Positions 1 through 12,288 of a DNA stretch of 64,000 nt are shown here, piece after piece. The stretch lies in assembly GCA_963740415.1 (NCBI GenBank), contig CAVUEC010000003.1, positions 116,588 to 180,587 on the forward strand, given 5' to 3'. Both the position numbers and the translations under genes were made by a program. Below the pieces are notes generated by a model. It was not told the origin of the DNA. It did not search any database and saw only the letters and a program-made list of their open reading frames with translations. Every line of letters starts with the position of its first letter. Within the stretch, counting starts at the first letter, position 1. The DNA is from Candidatus Eiseniibacteriota bacterium. Lineage in GTDB: Bacteria > Eisenbacteria > RBG-16-71-46 > SZUA-252.

Positions 1-143
1 TCCCGAGCTTCTTGATCGGGGACCTGTACCTCAACCCCGCTCGGAGTTGAGGCCGGTTTCCCTTTGCAGGCGCCGAGGCCGAACACGAGGAGCGCCGAAG
101 CTACCACGCGCATTCGAACCCGGTCCAGTCGCCGGATTCGCAT
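1..143 (-). CDS. Lipoprotein (5' end only; gene continues beyond window start)
   Basis: Minus-strand ATG at 143, 4 nt after the kdsD stop. The N-terminus reads MRIRRLDRVRMRVVASALLVFGLGACKGK, i.e. a signal peptide with an LGAC lipobox. Confidence 0.45.
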   Translation of the reverse strand, partial: MRIRRLDRVRMRVVASALLVFGLGACKGKPASTPSGVEVQVPDQEAR

Positions 144-147
144 GGTT

Positions 148-1152
148 TTAGCGATCCCTAAGACCCAGGCAATCGTGAAGGTGCAACACCCCGAGCGGCC
201 GCCTGTCCTCATCGAGCACGACAAGCGAGGTGATGGCGCCCCCCTCGTTCTCCTCCATCTGGCGGACCGCCTGCGCGATCAGCGCGTCGGCCGTGATCGT
301 TCGAGGCGACGCGGTCATCACGTTGGAGACGGGCTGATCCATCCCGGCGTCGCCGCGGAGAAGGATCCGCTTCAGATCGCCGTCGGTGAGGATTCCCGCG
401 AGCACCCCCGCGCCGTCGACGACGGTCGTCATTCCAAGCCGCTTGTTGATGATCTCGAGGAGCGCCTCTCGAAGCGTCGCGCTCGACTCGACCCGGGGAA
501 GGTCCTCCCCTCCGTGCATCCGGTCGGCCACGCGGAGGAGCGCCGCCTGGCCCACGACGCCGCCGGGGTGAAGGACGACAAAGTCCTCCCGGGTGAAACC
601 CTTGAGTCGCATCAGCACGATCGCGAGCGCGTCACCCAGCGCCAGCGCCGCGGTGGTGCTCGACGTGGGGACCAGATCCTCGGGACCCGCCTCGCGCGGA
701 CGGCCGAGATCCAGCACGTGGCGCGCGGCGCGGCCCAGGGAGGAATCCGGATAGCAGGTCATCGTCACCACCGTGACGCCCCTCCGCTCCAGCGCGGGAA
801 GGAGCTGCAGCAGCTCGGCGGTCTCTCCGCTCTTGGAGAGGAGGATCGCGGCGTCCTGGGGCGAGACAATCCCGAGATCGCCGTGGACCGCGTCGACAGG
901 GTGGACAAAGGTCGCGGGCGTCCCGGTGCTGGTGAGCGTCGCCGCGATCTTCTTGGCGACGAGGCCGGACTTCCCCACACCAAGGGTCAGGATCTGACCC
1001 TTGACCTCGGAAAGAGCTAGAACTGTTTCCTCGAATTCCTTGCCAATTCGATCTTTGAGGGCGCGCACGGCGCCCTCCTCCAGGGAAAGCACCTCCCGCC
1101 CCCACGCCACAATCTGGGTCTCGGTGCTGGTCCCGCCTTCCAGGCGGCCCAT
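148..1152 (-). CDS. kdsD: Arabinose-5-phosphate isomerase KdsD/KpsF (SIS + tandem CBS domains)
   Basis: SIS motif GVGKSGLVAKKIAATLTSTGTPATFVHP and a C-terminal CBS pair. Start chosen at the internal Met (MGRLEGG...) to give ~334 aa, E. coli KdsD-like. The longer ORF N-terminus is Ala/Pro-rich. Confidence 0.85.
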   Translation of the reverse strand: MGRLEGGTSTETQIVAWGREVLSLEEGAVRALKDRIGKEFEETVLALSEVKGQILTLGVGKSGLVAKKIAATLTSTGTPATFVHPVDAVHGDLGIVSPQDAAILLSKSGETAELLQLLPALERRGVTVVTMTCYPDSSLGRAARHVLDLGRPREAGPEDLVPTSSTTAALALGDALAIVLMRLKGFTREDFVVLHPGGVVGQAALLRVADRMHGGEDLPRVESSATLREALLEIINKRLGMTTVVDGAGVLAGILTDGDLKRILLRGDAGMDQPVSNVMTASPRTITADALIAQAVRQMEENEGGAITSLVVLDEDRRPLGVLHLHDCLGLRDR

Positions 1153-1172
1153 GGAATCCGGGTATCCGCGCC

Positions 1173-4488
<3,316 letters not shown>

Positions 4489-4533
4489 AAGTCATGCTAC
4501 CAACCACGTCCCGGTGCGTCAAGTCACGGTGTG

Positions 4534-4662
4534 GGGCCGCGGGGGGCAGCGGGGTGTGATGGCCCCCTCGCTCTGTGAGGCGTCGGCCCGACGCAAAAGA
4601 AGAAGCCGCGTCGGGCCTCCAATCGCTCAGGGGCCATCACACCCCGCTGCCCCCCGCGGCCC
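4534..4662. repeat. Large nested palindromic element: 33-bp perfect inverted repeat (4534-4566 / 4630-4662) around a 63-nt spacer that carries its own internal palindrome (~4580-4620)
   Basis: Left arm gggccgcggggggcagcggggtgtgatggcccc is the exact reverse complement of the right arm ggggccatcacaccccgctgccccccgcggccc. The element fills the intergenic space between the kdsB start and the stop of the 4696 gene. Confidence 0.6.
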
Positions 4663-4695
4663 TACGGTCGTGGCTCTAGACACCGCGCGAAGGTT

Positions 4696-5475
4696 CTATT
4701 CATCGCCGTCCTCCAGCGTCTCCCTCGGAAAGGCGCGTTGCAGCACAGCGCCAGTGGCCCTCAGTTTCACGACCTTGCCAGAGAAACCCCACTTGCGCTT
4801 CAGCCCTGGGATCGCACGTGTGGCGTCGTCCTGAACGCAATAGATCCCGCTCATGAGCCACACCTTTCGATCCTTGGTGAGCTCCGGAGGCAGCATGAAA
4901 AGTCTGGCCCTTCTCCACTCGGCAAATTCGTTCTCGAAGGTAACGTCCACCACCACAGTCGAGTCCCGCTCGGTGTCGTTGTCTCCGGGCACCGTGATCG
5001 CGACCGGAAACGAATCCGCCTGGGAGCCCTTGGGGAACGAAGTCAACAGGACGGAATAGATCTCAGCGATCGAATCCGACCGGCTGCCGGCCGCGAGGAC
5101 CCGAAGGGATTCAGCGAGGGCGGAGTTACCTCTCGACGCATAGAAATGCAGTTCCTGCCTTCGAGAATCGAAAAACACGGATGCCTCCGACCCAACGTAC
5201 CGTGCCGCTAACTGAGGGCGCACGTCCAGTTCCCGCTTGCATGTGATTGCCGTGGCAAAGCAGTACGCCAACCTGTCCCACATGCGCGAGAATTCGACAT
5301 CAAGCTCGGCCATTCCTAGGCTGTCTTCGGTTTCGGCAACGGGCTCGGTATCGTAGGCAAAGATCTCGAGACCCTTCGACCGAATGGTGAGCCCAGCCGA
5401 AGAGGATGCAGTGGCGGGGGCCGTCGTAAGGACAAGCACCGCGCCCGCTACGAGCAGCGTGGCGAGAAGCCTCAC
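4696..5475 (-). CDS. Hypothetical secreted protein (signal peptide VRLLATLLVAGAVLVLTTAPATA), lower GC than neighbours
   Basis: GTG start overlapping the TGA of the upstream TonB-C lipoprotein gene (GTGA). Clear signal peptide and no recognised domain. Local GC is visibly lower (~57-58%) than flanking genes. Confidence 0.5.
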   Translation of the reverse strand: MRLLATLLVAGAVLVLTTAPATASSSAGLTIRSKGLEIFAYDTEPVAETEDSLGMAELDVEFSRMWDRLAYCFATAITCKRELDVRPQLAARYVGSEASVFFDSRRQELHFYASRGNSALAESLRVLAAGSRSDSIAEIYSVLLTSFPKGSQADSFPVAITVPGDNDTERDSTVVVDVTFENEFAEWRRARLFMLPPELTKDRKVWLMSGIYCVQDDATRAIPGLKRKWGFSGKVVKLRATGAVLQRAFPRETLEDGDE

Positions 5476-5915
5476 AACTTGAACTCGACCGGGATGTCCA
5501 TCCAGGCGCCGACGGGGTAGCCATTGTGCGTGGCGGGCTTGAACTCGTACTGCTTGACGGCGTCGATCGCGGGCGGCGTGAGCGCGGAGACGCCGCGGAC
5601 GACGCGGATCCAGCAGAGGCGGCCCATGGGATCGATGAAGACGCGGAGAAGCACGGTCCCCTGCACGCCTGCCTTCTTGCTCTGCTCGGGATATTGCGGT
5701 GGGACCTGGGTGGCGATGATCGGGGCGATGTCGTAGGAGGTCGAATCCGGAGGCGTCATCGTGGAGACGCAACCTGGGGTTGGCGGCGGAACGTTCCGCG
5801 ACAACTCCTCGGGATCCGCGACGGTCGACTTCGGCGGCGTCACGTCGGCGTGGGCGCAGCCCATCACCGCGAGGAGACACACTGCGAGGAGCTTCACCTG
5901 AATCTCCACTGGCAC
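5472..5915 (-). CDS. TonB C-terminal domain lipoprotein (energy transducer TonB family)
   Basis: Lipoprotein signal MPVEIQVKLLAVCLLAVMGC, a Pro-rich linker, and a C-terminal TonB_C-like block PQYPEQSKKAGVQGTVLLRVFIDPMGRL...YEFKP. Confidence 0.6.
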   Translation of the reverse strand: MPVEIQVKLLAVCLLAVMGCAHADVTPPKSTVADPEELSRNVPPPTPGCVSTMTPPDSTSYDIAPIIATQVPPQYPEQSKKAGVQGTVLLRVFIDPMGRLCWIRVVRGVSALTPPAIDAVKQYEFKPATHNGYPVGAWMDIPVEFKL

Positions 5916-5929
5916 TCCGCCGTCTTCCA

Positions 5930-6040
5930 GCCCCGGGGACTCAACCGGAGGGACCCTCCGAGCCCGCGCGGCAGATGGTGCCGTCCCGCCCCGGCAGCGC
6001 CGCGGGCGAGTCGGCGTCCCGGAGGTTGAGTCCCCGGGGC
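5930..6040. repeat. Nested palindromic element: 17-bp perfect inverted repeat (5930-5946 / 6024-6040) with a 77-nt spacer containing a small internal hairpin (cggaggg-a-ccctccg)
   Basis: gccccggggactcaacc versus ggttgagtccccggggc. Sits between the mdh stop and the TonB-C lipoprotein start. Same architecture as the 4534-4662 element. Confidence 0.5.
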
Positions 6041-6083
6041 CAATACCGCGTAGCGCTAGTCCAATTACGGTTCCACTGCGTTA

Positions 6084-7022
6084 CTACCGCGCCGCCGGCT
6101 CCAACGCGAGATCGGCGATGCCCTTCTTGACGTCCTCCGCCGACTTCGCGAGCGCCGCCTTCTCGTCCGCGGACAGCTCCAGCTCCACGATCTTCTCCAC
6201 CCCGCGCGAGCCCAGGATCGCGGGCACGCCCAGGTAGAGATCGCGAAGGCCGTACTCGCCGTTCAGGCACGCGGCCACCGGCAGGAGGCGCTTCTTGTCG
6301 CGAAGGATGGACTCGGCCATCTGGACCGCCGACGACGCGGGCGCGTAGAACGCGCTCCCCGTCTGGAGCAGCTTCACGATCTCGGCGCCGCCGTCGCGGG
6401 TTCGCTGGACGATCTCCGCGAGCCGCGCCGGCTTGATGAACCGGTCGACGGGGATGCCCGATACCGTGGAGTAGCTCAAGAGCGGCACCATGGTGTCGCC
6501 GTGGCCGCCGAGCACCATGGCGTGGACGTCCTCCACCGAGACCCCGATCTCCTGCGCGAGAAACGTGCGGAATCGCGAGGAATCGAGCACGCCGGCCATG
6601 CCCATGACCCGCTCGCGCGGGAAGCCGGTGATGCGGTACGTCAGGTACGCCATCACGTCCAAGGGATTCGTGACCATGATGACGTACGCCTTGGGCGCAT
6701 GGTCGCGGATCGCCTCGGCCACGCCGCGGATGATGTCCGCGTTGGCCTTGAGGAGATCCGCCCGCGACATGCCGGGCTTGCGCGGGAGACCCGCGGTCAC
6801 AATGATGAGGTCGCTGCCCTGGACGGCGCGCAGATCGCCGCTTCCCTCGACCATCGAGTCGTAGCCGCGGACCGGCCCCGCTTCGAGGAGATCGAGGGCC
6901 TTTCCCTTGGCGACGCCTTCGAGAATGTCGATGAGGACGACGTCGCCCAGCTCGGCCTCGGCGGCGTAGAGCGCCGCGGAGGCGCCGACGTTCCCGGCGC
7001 CGACGACCGCGATCTTAGGCAT
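6084..7022 (-). CDS. mdh: Malate dehydrogenase (LDH-like NAD-dependent MDH)
   Basis: [15 protein letters not shown] Rossmann motif, [15 protein letters not shown] and GGHGDTMVP motifs. 311 aa. Confidence 0.9.
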   Translation of the reverse strand: MPKIAVVGAGNVGASAALYAAEAELGDVVLIDILEGVAKGKALDLLEAGPVRGYDSMVEGSGDLRAVQGSDLIIVTAGLPRKPGMSRADLLKANADIIRGVAEAIRDHAPKAYVIMVTNPLDVMAYLTYRITGFPRERVMGMAGVLDSSRFRTFLAQEIGVSVEDVHAMVLGGHGDTMVPLLSYSTVSGIPVDRFIKPARLAEIVQRTRDGGAEIVKLLQTGSAFYAPASSAVQMAESILRDKKRLLPVAACLNGEYGLRDLYLGVPAILGSRGVEKIVELELSADEKAALAKSAEDVKKGIADLALEPAAR

Positions 7023-7296
7023 GGGCCGCCTCGGTCTCCCGAGTCTTGGGATCGATCGAAACCGACATCTTGCTCTTCCCGCGCCTCTTGAAGACCACGA
7101 CCCCGTCCTTCAGCGCGAAGAGGGTGTCGTCCTTGCCCCGTCCCACGTTGAGGCCGGGGGACACCGCGGTGCCGCGCTGGCGGATGATGATGTTGCCCGC
7201 CTTGACCCACTCGCCGCCGAACCGCTTGACGCCCAACCGCTGCGACGAGGAGTCGCGGCCGTTCTTGGAACTGGATACTCCTTTTTTGTGCGCCAT
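7015..7296 (-). CDS. rpmA: 50S ribosomal protein L27
   Basis: [28 protein letters not shown]... is the canonical L27 N-terminus, with a short C-terminal extension. Overlaps the mdh start by 8 bp. Confidence 0.9.
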   Translation of the reverse strand: MAHKKGVSSSKNGRDSSSQRLGVKRFGGEWVKAGNIIIRQRGTAVSPGLNVGRGKDDTLFALKDGVVVFKRRGKSKMSVSIDPKTRETEAAHA

Positions 7297-7318
7297 TTCC
7301 GATCAGCTCCTCTTGAGA

Positions 7319-7642
7319 TTATCCGCGGATGTCCAGGATCTTCACCCGCGTCAGGGTGTCCCGGTACCCGATGCGACGGCGGTACTTCTTCCGCCGCTTA
7401 TACACTCCCACCTTGATCTTGGGGCCCCGCTCCGTGCCGAGGACCTGCACCTTAACGGAGGCGCCCTCGACGACGGGGGTCCCAATCTTGACGCCCGTGC
7501 CGTCCGCGATCAAGAGCACACGGTCGAACGTCACCTGCGTGCCCGGCTCCGCCCCCATGTGAGGAAGAACGTGCTCCTCCTCGGCGGCGACCCGGTACTG
7601 GAGGCCCATGGCCTCGATCACTGCATAGCGTGCCGATGTCAT
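7319..7642 (-). CDS. rplU: 50S ribosomal protein L21
   Basis: 107 aa, L21-like (YAVIE..G.QYRV...VLL). Located immediately upstream of rpmA. Confidence 0.88.
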   Translation of the reverse strand: MTSARYAVIEAMGLQYRVAAEEEHVLPHMGAEPGTQVTFDRVLLIADGTGVKIGTPVVEGASVKVQVLGTERGPKIKVGVYKRRKKYRRRIGYRDTLTRVKILDIRG

Positions 7643-7655
7643 TTCATCCCTCGTT

Positions 7656-9209
7656 TCAGTGTTCGAACTGCTTCGTGATCTCCTCGAACGTCTTCCCGCG
7701 GAAAAGCCGGATCTCGTCCCGTCTTAGCGACGGATCGTCCCGGATCTCCACGCGGAACCGGTACTGCTTCTCCAAACGCTCCAGCCGGTCGGCGTTTTGC
7801 TCGACCAGATGAACCGCCACATCCGGATGGACGCGGAGAAGGAGCTGCCGCTCCTTCGCGCGCTGCCCCACCCGTCTCAACATCCGCTCGATCTTGAGCA
7901 TCGCGCTCGAGAGCGAGAGGACGCGGCCCGAGCCCTCGCAGGCCGCGCAATTCTCCGTGAAGAAGTTCGCCAGGCTCGGCCGCTGACGCTGGCGGGTCAT
8001 CTCGACCAACCCCAGATCGCTCACTGCGAACGCCTTTGTCCGGGACCGGTCGCGTTTCAGCCGGTTCCGCAGGGTGTCCACGACCGCCTTCCGATTCGCC
8101 TCGTCCTCCATGTCGATGAAGTCGAGGACGATGATTCCTCCCAGGTCGCGGAGCCGGAGTTGCCGCGCGATTTCCTCCGCGGCTTCCATGTTCGTTTTGA
8201 GAATCGTCTCCTCTTGGCTCTTCTTCCCGGTAAAGCGCCCTGTATTCACGTCGATCGCGACCAACGCCTCCGTCTGATCGATCGTGATGTACCCGCCCTT
8301 CCGCAGCCACACCTTCCGCTCCATCGCCTTCTCGATCTCGCCCTCGATGCCGAAGTGATCGAAGATCGGAGCCTCGCCGCGGTAGAGCTTCACACGCGAT
8401 TTGAGCTGCGTCGCGTAGGTCGTCAGGTACTTGAGTATCTGCTGGTATTCCTCCTTCGAGTCGATCGTGAGCTGGGTGACGTCCTCGGTGAAGATGTCCC
8501 GGATCAGCCCGGTGGTGAATTCCATTTCTTGGTGTAGCAGCGAGGGGGCCTTGGACCTCTGCCCCTGCTTCTCGATCTTGTCCCAGAGCTGCTCCAGATA
8601 CTTGATGTCGCTCTGGAATTCCTTCTTCCCCTGCTCGGCCCCAACCGTCCGGACGATCACGCCCGCGTCGCGAGGGCGGAGCTCCTTGAGCAACGTCTTG
8701 AGCCTCGAACGCTCTCCCCGGTCCTCGATCTTCCGGGAGATCCCCACGTGCTCGTGGCCCGGCATGTACACGAGGTAGCGGCCGGGGAGCGAGACCTGCG
8801 TCGTGACGCGCGGCCCCTTGGTCCCGATCGGCTCCTTGGTGATCTGGACCAGGATCTCCAGGCCCTTCTTGAGAACATCCTCGATTCGGGGCACCGTCTC
8901 GTCACGGCGGCCCCGGCCGCCTCCGCCGCGCTTCCGATCCTCGCCTTCGTCTTCCTCTTCGAAGAGGTCATCGAGATCGGTGTCCGGCTGAAGGTCGGAC
9001 GCGTGAAGAAACGCGCTCTTGTCGAGTCCGAGATCCACGAAGGCCGCCTGCATCCCCGGCAGCACCGCGTTCACCCTTCCCTTGTAGATGTCACCGACGC
9101 GGCGGACCGCCTCGGGGCGCTCCACCATGACCTCGACGAGTTCCTTCTCCTCGAGGATGGCGATCCGCGTTTCGCTGGGACTGGCGTTAATTATTATTTC
9201 TCGGCGCAT
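7656..9209 (-). CDS. rng: Ribonuclease G (RNase E/G family)
   Basis: [27 protein letters not shown]... S1 domain plus the RNase E/G catalytic core (DxxxGxxxVDFIDM). 517 aa. Confidence 0.85.
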   Translation of the reverse strand: MRREIIINASPSETRIAILEEKELVEVMVERPEAVRRVGDIYKGRVNAVLPGMQAAFVDLGLDKSAFLHASDLQPDTDLDDLFEEEDEGEDRKRGGGGRGRRDETVPRIEDVLKKGLEILVQITKEPIGTKGPRVTTQVSLPGRYLVYMPGHEHVGISRKIEDRGERSRLKTLLKELRPRDAGVIVRTVGAEQGKKEFQSDIKYLEQLWDKIEKQGQRSKAPSLLHQEMEFTTGLIRDIFTEDVTQLTIDSKEEYQQILKYLTTYATQLKSRVKLYRGEAPIFDHFGIEGEIEKAMERKVWLRKGGYITIDQTEALVAIDVNTGRFTGKKSQEETILKTNMEAAEEIARQLRLRDLGGIIVLDFIDMEDEANRKAVVDTLRNRLKRDRSRTKAFAVSDLGLVEMTRQRQRPSLANFFTENCAACEGSGRVLSLSSAMLKIERMLRRVGQRAKERQLLLRVHPDVAVHLVEQNADRLERLEKQYRFRVEIRDDPSLRRDEIRLFRGKTFEEITKQFEH

Positions 9210-12189
9210 TCACCTCCAGGGCGGGGTCCGACGGACCCGGATTCTCCGGGTCTACAGGCACAGGTCGCCAGAACGCCGATTCCTCGAGTGCCTCGAGGGG
9301 TGTGCAGAGTTGGCCGCCCCGCTCCACCCACATCGCCTCGCGGCGAACGAGCAGAAGCCGGGGGTCGAAATCGAACGACGGCAGGAGACTCTTGAAGAGC
9401 AGATCCGGCCGCAGGTATCCGGTAGCCTGAAGTCGCGAGGAGAGCCGGATGCCGAGGCGCTCCCCGTCCGAGGCCATTTCGATCGAAGCAACGGCGAGCC
9501 GCGCGTTCACGGTCTTCCCCTTCTGTCCGTGGCTCTGCTTGGCGACGAGCCACTCGCCCGAGACAAGGAAGGCCGCCAAGTTGCGCTCCAGCTCCTGCCG
9601 CAGCAGGTGGACGCTTTCGCCCCGCGCGAGCTGATCCATCAAGTATTGGGTGAGAAAGACCGAGTAGTCGGCGCGTCCGATGGCCGACATCAGCGAATCC
9701 ATCGTCTTGCCGAACGGGCGCCCTTCCACGATTCGAATTCCCTCGGGAAAGACCTCGTTCATCGCCGCGATCACGTCCCAGGAGCACGGCTGCGCCAGGT
9801 CCAGATCGAAGTACTCCGCGGCGCTCGTCGCGCCCAGGGAAAGCGGCGGGCCGTACGCGATCTTGGCGTGGCGGTTGAAGCCCTGCGTGTACGCGATCGG
9901 AATCTTGGCCACGCGGATCGCCCGGTCGAAGATCCGAACCAGGTCGAGGTGGGACGTGAACCGCGCGATTCCCTCTTTGACGTACGCGACCCGGTAGCGG
10001 GTGGCCTGGGGTCCCCGGGTCGTGGTCGGCCACACCCGGCGCCGGCGGCCGTAGGCGCGGGCGTCGCCGTTCGAGTCCGCGCCCGCGTTGCCGTTTCCGT
10101 TCGTTTTCGCGTCGCCGTTTCCATTCGCCTTCGCGTGGCCGTTTCCGTTCCCGTGACCGTTTCCGTTCGGTGCCGTCGCGGCCGCCGGCATTGCCTCGAC
10201 CGCCGGCGCCACTTCGGCCTTCAGCGCCTCGATCGGCTTGGCCTCCAGGTCCCGAACGCGGGACTCAATCTCCGCGGTGGTGACCTCGGGCGGGATCGAA
10301 AAGTCGAGCGTGGCCGGCGTGGCGCCCTGGCCCGGCGCGAGCTGGAGCGAAAGGTGGCGCCCTTCGCGCGCCTTGGGCGCGAAGCAGGGAGCGCCGCAGC
10401 GATAGCACGCGTGGTCGCGGCAATCGGGGGTCAGCGCGGCCGCGTAGGCCTTGCCCCGCTCCGACAACAGAAATTTCTTCACCACCGGGGTCCGGATGTG
10501 GTCCCACGGCAGCTGCTCCTCCAGATCGCGCGGCCTCAGATACACCGCCGGGTCCATGCCGATGCTGTCGAACGCGCGCATCCAGAGATCGAAATCAAAG
10601 CACTCCGACCACCCGTCGAAACGCGCTCCCATCCGCCACGCCGCCTCGAGCGCGTCCGCGGTGCGAACGTCGCCGCGCGCGAACACGCCCTCGAGAAACG
10701 CCGTCTTCGGCTCGCGCCACTTGAGGCGGACGTTGTTCATGCCGCGGAAGCCCAGCTTGAGCCGGTCGATCTTCCGCCGGAGCGTGTCCATGTCGTCCTG
10801 GAGCTCCCACTGGAACGGGGTGTGGGGCTTGGGCACGTGGGGCGAGAGCCCGACATTGAAGTGCATCCGCTTGTTGCCGCCCTTGGCCCATTCCTGCGAC
10901 TTCCGCAAGGTGTCCGCGATTCCGTCGACGTCCGCGTCGGTTTCGGTGGGGAGGCCGATCATGAAGTAGAACTTGATGCCGCCCCAGCCCTGGTCGCGCG
11001 CGAGCTTGACCGAGTACTCGAGCTCGGCCTCGTCGATTCCCTTGTTGATGACGTCGCGCATCCGCTGCGTGCCGGCCTCGGGCGCGAACGTGATGCTCCC
11101 GCGGCGGCCCTGGCCGATCTTCTCGGCCACGGAGGGCGCGAGCGTTCCGACGCGCGTGGAGGGCAGCGAAATCGAGACGCCCTGTTCGTTGGTGAACCGG
11201 TCCAATTCGTGGAGCACCACGGGAAGCTGCTTGTAATCGGTGGTGGAGAGCGACAGGAGCGACACCTCGTCCCACCCCGCGTGGACGATGCCGCACTGAA
11301 CTTCCTTCACGACCTCGTCCGCGCGCTTTTCCCGCAGCGGCCGGTTCATGTACCCCGCGAGGCAGAACCGGCAGCCGCGCGTGCAGCCTCGCATCACCTC
11401 CACGCCCAGACGGTCGTGGGTGATCTCGGTCGGGCTGATCAGCGGCTTCTCGGGGTAGTACTCGGGCAGCAGCGACGCGACGTAGCGAAAGCGCGGCTTG
11501 GCCGAGGGCGCGTCCGGCTTGGGATTTCGCGCCACGTAGCCGAACGGGTTCTTCACCTCGTCGTAGAGCGCCGGAACATAGATCCCTTCCAGGGCCCCCA
11601 TGCGCGCGAGCACCTCGGAGCGCGGCATGCGCGTCGCGCGGCGCTCCGCCATGAGATCGCAGAGCTCCTCGATCACCTCTTCCCCGTCGCCGATCACGAA
11701 CCCGTCGATGAACGGCGCCAGGGGCTCCGGATTCACCGTGCAGAGTCCGCCCGCGATCACGATCGGATCGTCTTCGCGGCGATCCTTGGTGCGAAGGGAC
11801 ATCTGCGCCAGGTCGATCATCGTGAGGACGTTCGTGAAGGACAGCTCGTATTGGAGCGAGAAGCCGATCATGTCGAACTCGCGCGCCGGAGTGCGCGATT
11901 CGAGCGAGTAGAGCGGGATCGATTCCGCCCGCATGAGCCGCTCCATGTCGCTCCACGGCGTGAAGCAAAGCTCGGCCAAGCCGTCCGGCCGGCGGTTCAC
12001 GATGTGGTAGAGGATCTTCAGCCCGAGGTACGACATCCCGATTTCGTAGAGATCCGGGAAGCAGAGAAGCACGCGGGCCTTGGCCTGCGATGGATCTTTG
12101 CGCGCCGCGTGGAGAAAGCTACCCGTGTACCGGCTCGGTTTGGTCACGAGCGGCAGGTATGCCTCGTCCAGAGATCGGAGCTTGTCCAT
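9187..12189 (-). CDS. Fused radical SAM protein: TIGR03960-like B12-binding/radical SAM domain (N-terminal) joined by an Asn/Gly-repeat linker to a TIGR03936/DUF2344-like 'radical SAM-linked' domain (C-terminal)
   Basis: N-terminal half carries the CxxxCxxC cluster (MRGCTRGCRFC) and a FxE/GLPTET-type radical SAM core. The linker reads NGNGHGNGNGHAKANGNGDAKTNGNGNAGADSNGD. The C-terminal ~350 aa (ARFTSHLDLVRIFDRAIRVAKIPIAYTQGFN...) is DUF2344-like. Start taken at the Met of MDKLRSLDEAYLPL (12189). Overlaps the rng start by 23 bp. Confidence 0.75.
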   Translation of the reverse strand: MDKLRSLDEAYLPLVTKPSRYTGSFLHAARKDPSQAKARVLLCFPDLYEIGMSYLGLKILYHIVNRRPDGLAELCFTPWSDMERLMRAESIPLYSLESRTPAREFDMIGFSLQYELSFTNVLTMIDLAQMSLRTKDRREDDPIVIAGGLCTVNPEPLAPFIDGFVIGDGEEVIEELCDLMAERRATRMPRSEVLARMGALEGIYVPALYDEVKNPFGYVARNPKPDAPSAKPRFRYVASLLPEYYPEKPLISPTEITHDRLGVEVMRGCTRGCRFCLAGYMNRPLREKRADEVVKEVQCGIVHAGWDEVSLLSLSTTDYKQLPVVLHELDRFTNEQGVSISLPSTRVGTLAPSVAEKIGQGRRGSITFAPEAGTQRMRDVINKGIDEAELEYSVKLARDQGWGGIKFYFMIGLPTETDADVDGIADTLRKSQEWAKGGNKRMHFNVGLSPHVPKPHTPFQWELQDDMDTLRRKIDRLKLGFRGMNNVRLKWREPKTAFLEGVFARGDVRTADALEAAWRMGARFDGWSECFDFDLWMRAFDSIGMDPAVYLRPRDLEEQLPWDHIRTPVVKKFLLSERGKAYAAALTPDCRDHACYRCGAPCFAPKAREGRHLSLQLAPGQGATPATLDFSIPPEVTTAEIESRVRDLEAKPIEALKAEVAPAVEAMPAAATAPNGNGHGNGNGHAKANGNGDAKTNGNGNAGADSNGDARAYGRRRRVWPTTTRGPQATRYRVAYVKEGIARFTSHLDLVRIFDRAIRVAKIPIAYTQGFNRHAKIAYGPPLSLGATSAAEYFDLDLAQPCSWDVIAAMNEVFPEGIRIVEGRPFGKTMDSLMSAIGRADYSVFLTQYLMDQLARGESVHLLRQELERNLAAFLVSGEWLVAKQSHGQKGKTVNARLAVASIEMASDGERLGIRLSSRLQATGYLRPDLLFKSLLPSFDFDPRLLLVRREAMWVERGGQLCTPLEALEESAFWRPVPVDPENPGPSDPALEVNAPRNNN
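10060..10190. repeat. Imperfect ~18-bp tandem DNA repeats (gccgtttccgttcgc-like) encoding the NG-rich linker of the radical SAM fusion
   Basis: Plus-strand string ...gccgtttccgttcgttttcgcgtcgccgtttccattcgccttcgcgtggccgtttccgttcccgtgaccgtttccgttc... is visible by eye. Confidence 0.5.
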
Positions 12190-12288
12190 CCCAGCCTCCC
12201 CGCTCTTGGGTCCAGCGCAACCCACTGAGATCGTTGGAGATACAGCCGAAACTGATGAGCACGGGCGTTCCGCGCCAAGCGTGAGACC

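Noticed and set aside
64-1020. 318-aa plus-strand ORF overlapping kdsD
   Set aside because: Arg/Asp/Gly-rich low-complexity translation antisense to a well-supported SIS/CBS gene. Typical high-GC shadow ORF.
9088-12228. 1046-aa plus-strand ORF mirroring the radical SAM fusion gene
   Set aside because: Antisense to a gene with clear radical SAM and DUF2344 motifs. The translation is Arg/Ala/Gly/Val-rich with no motifs.
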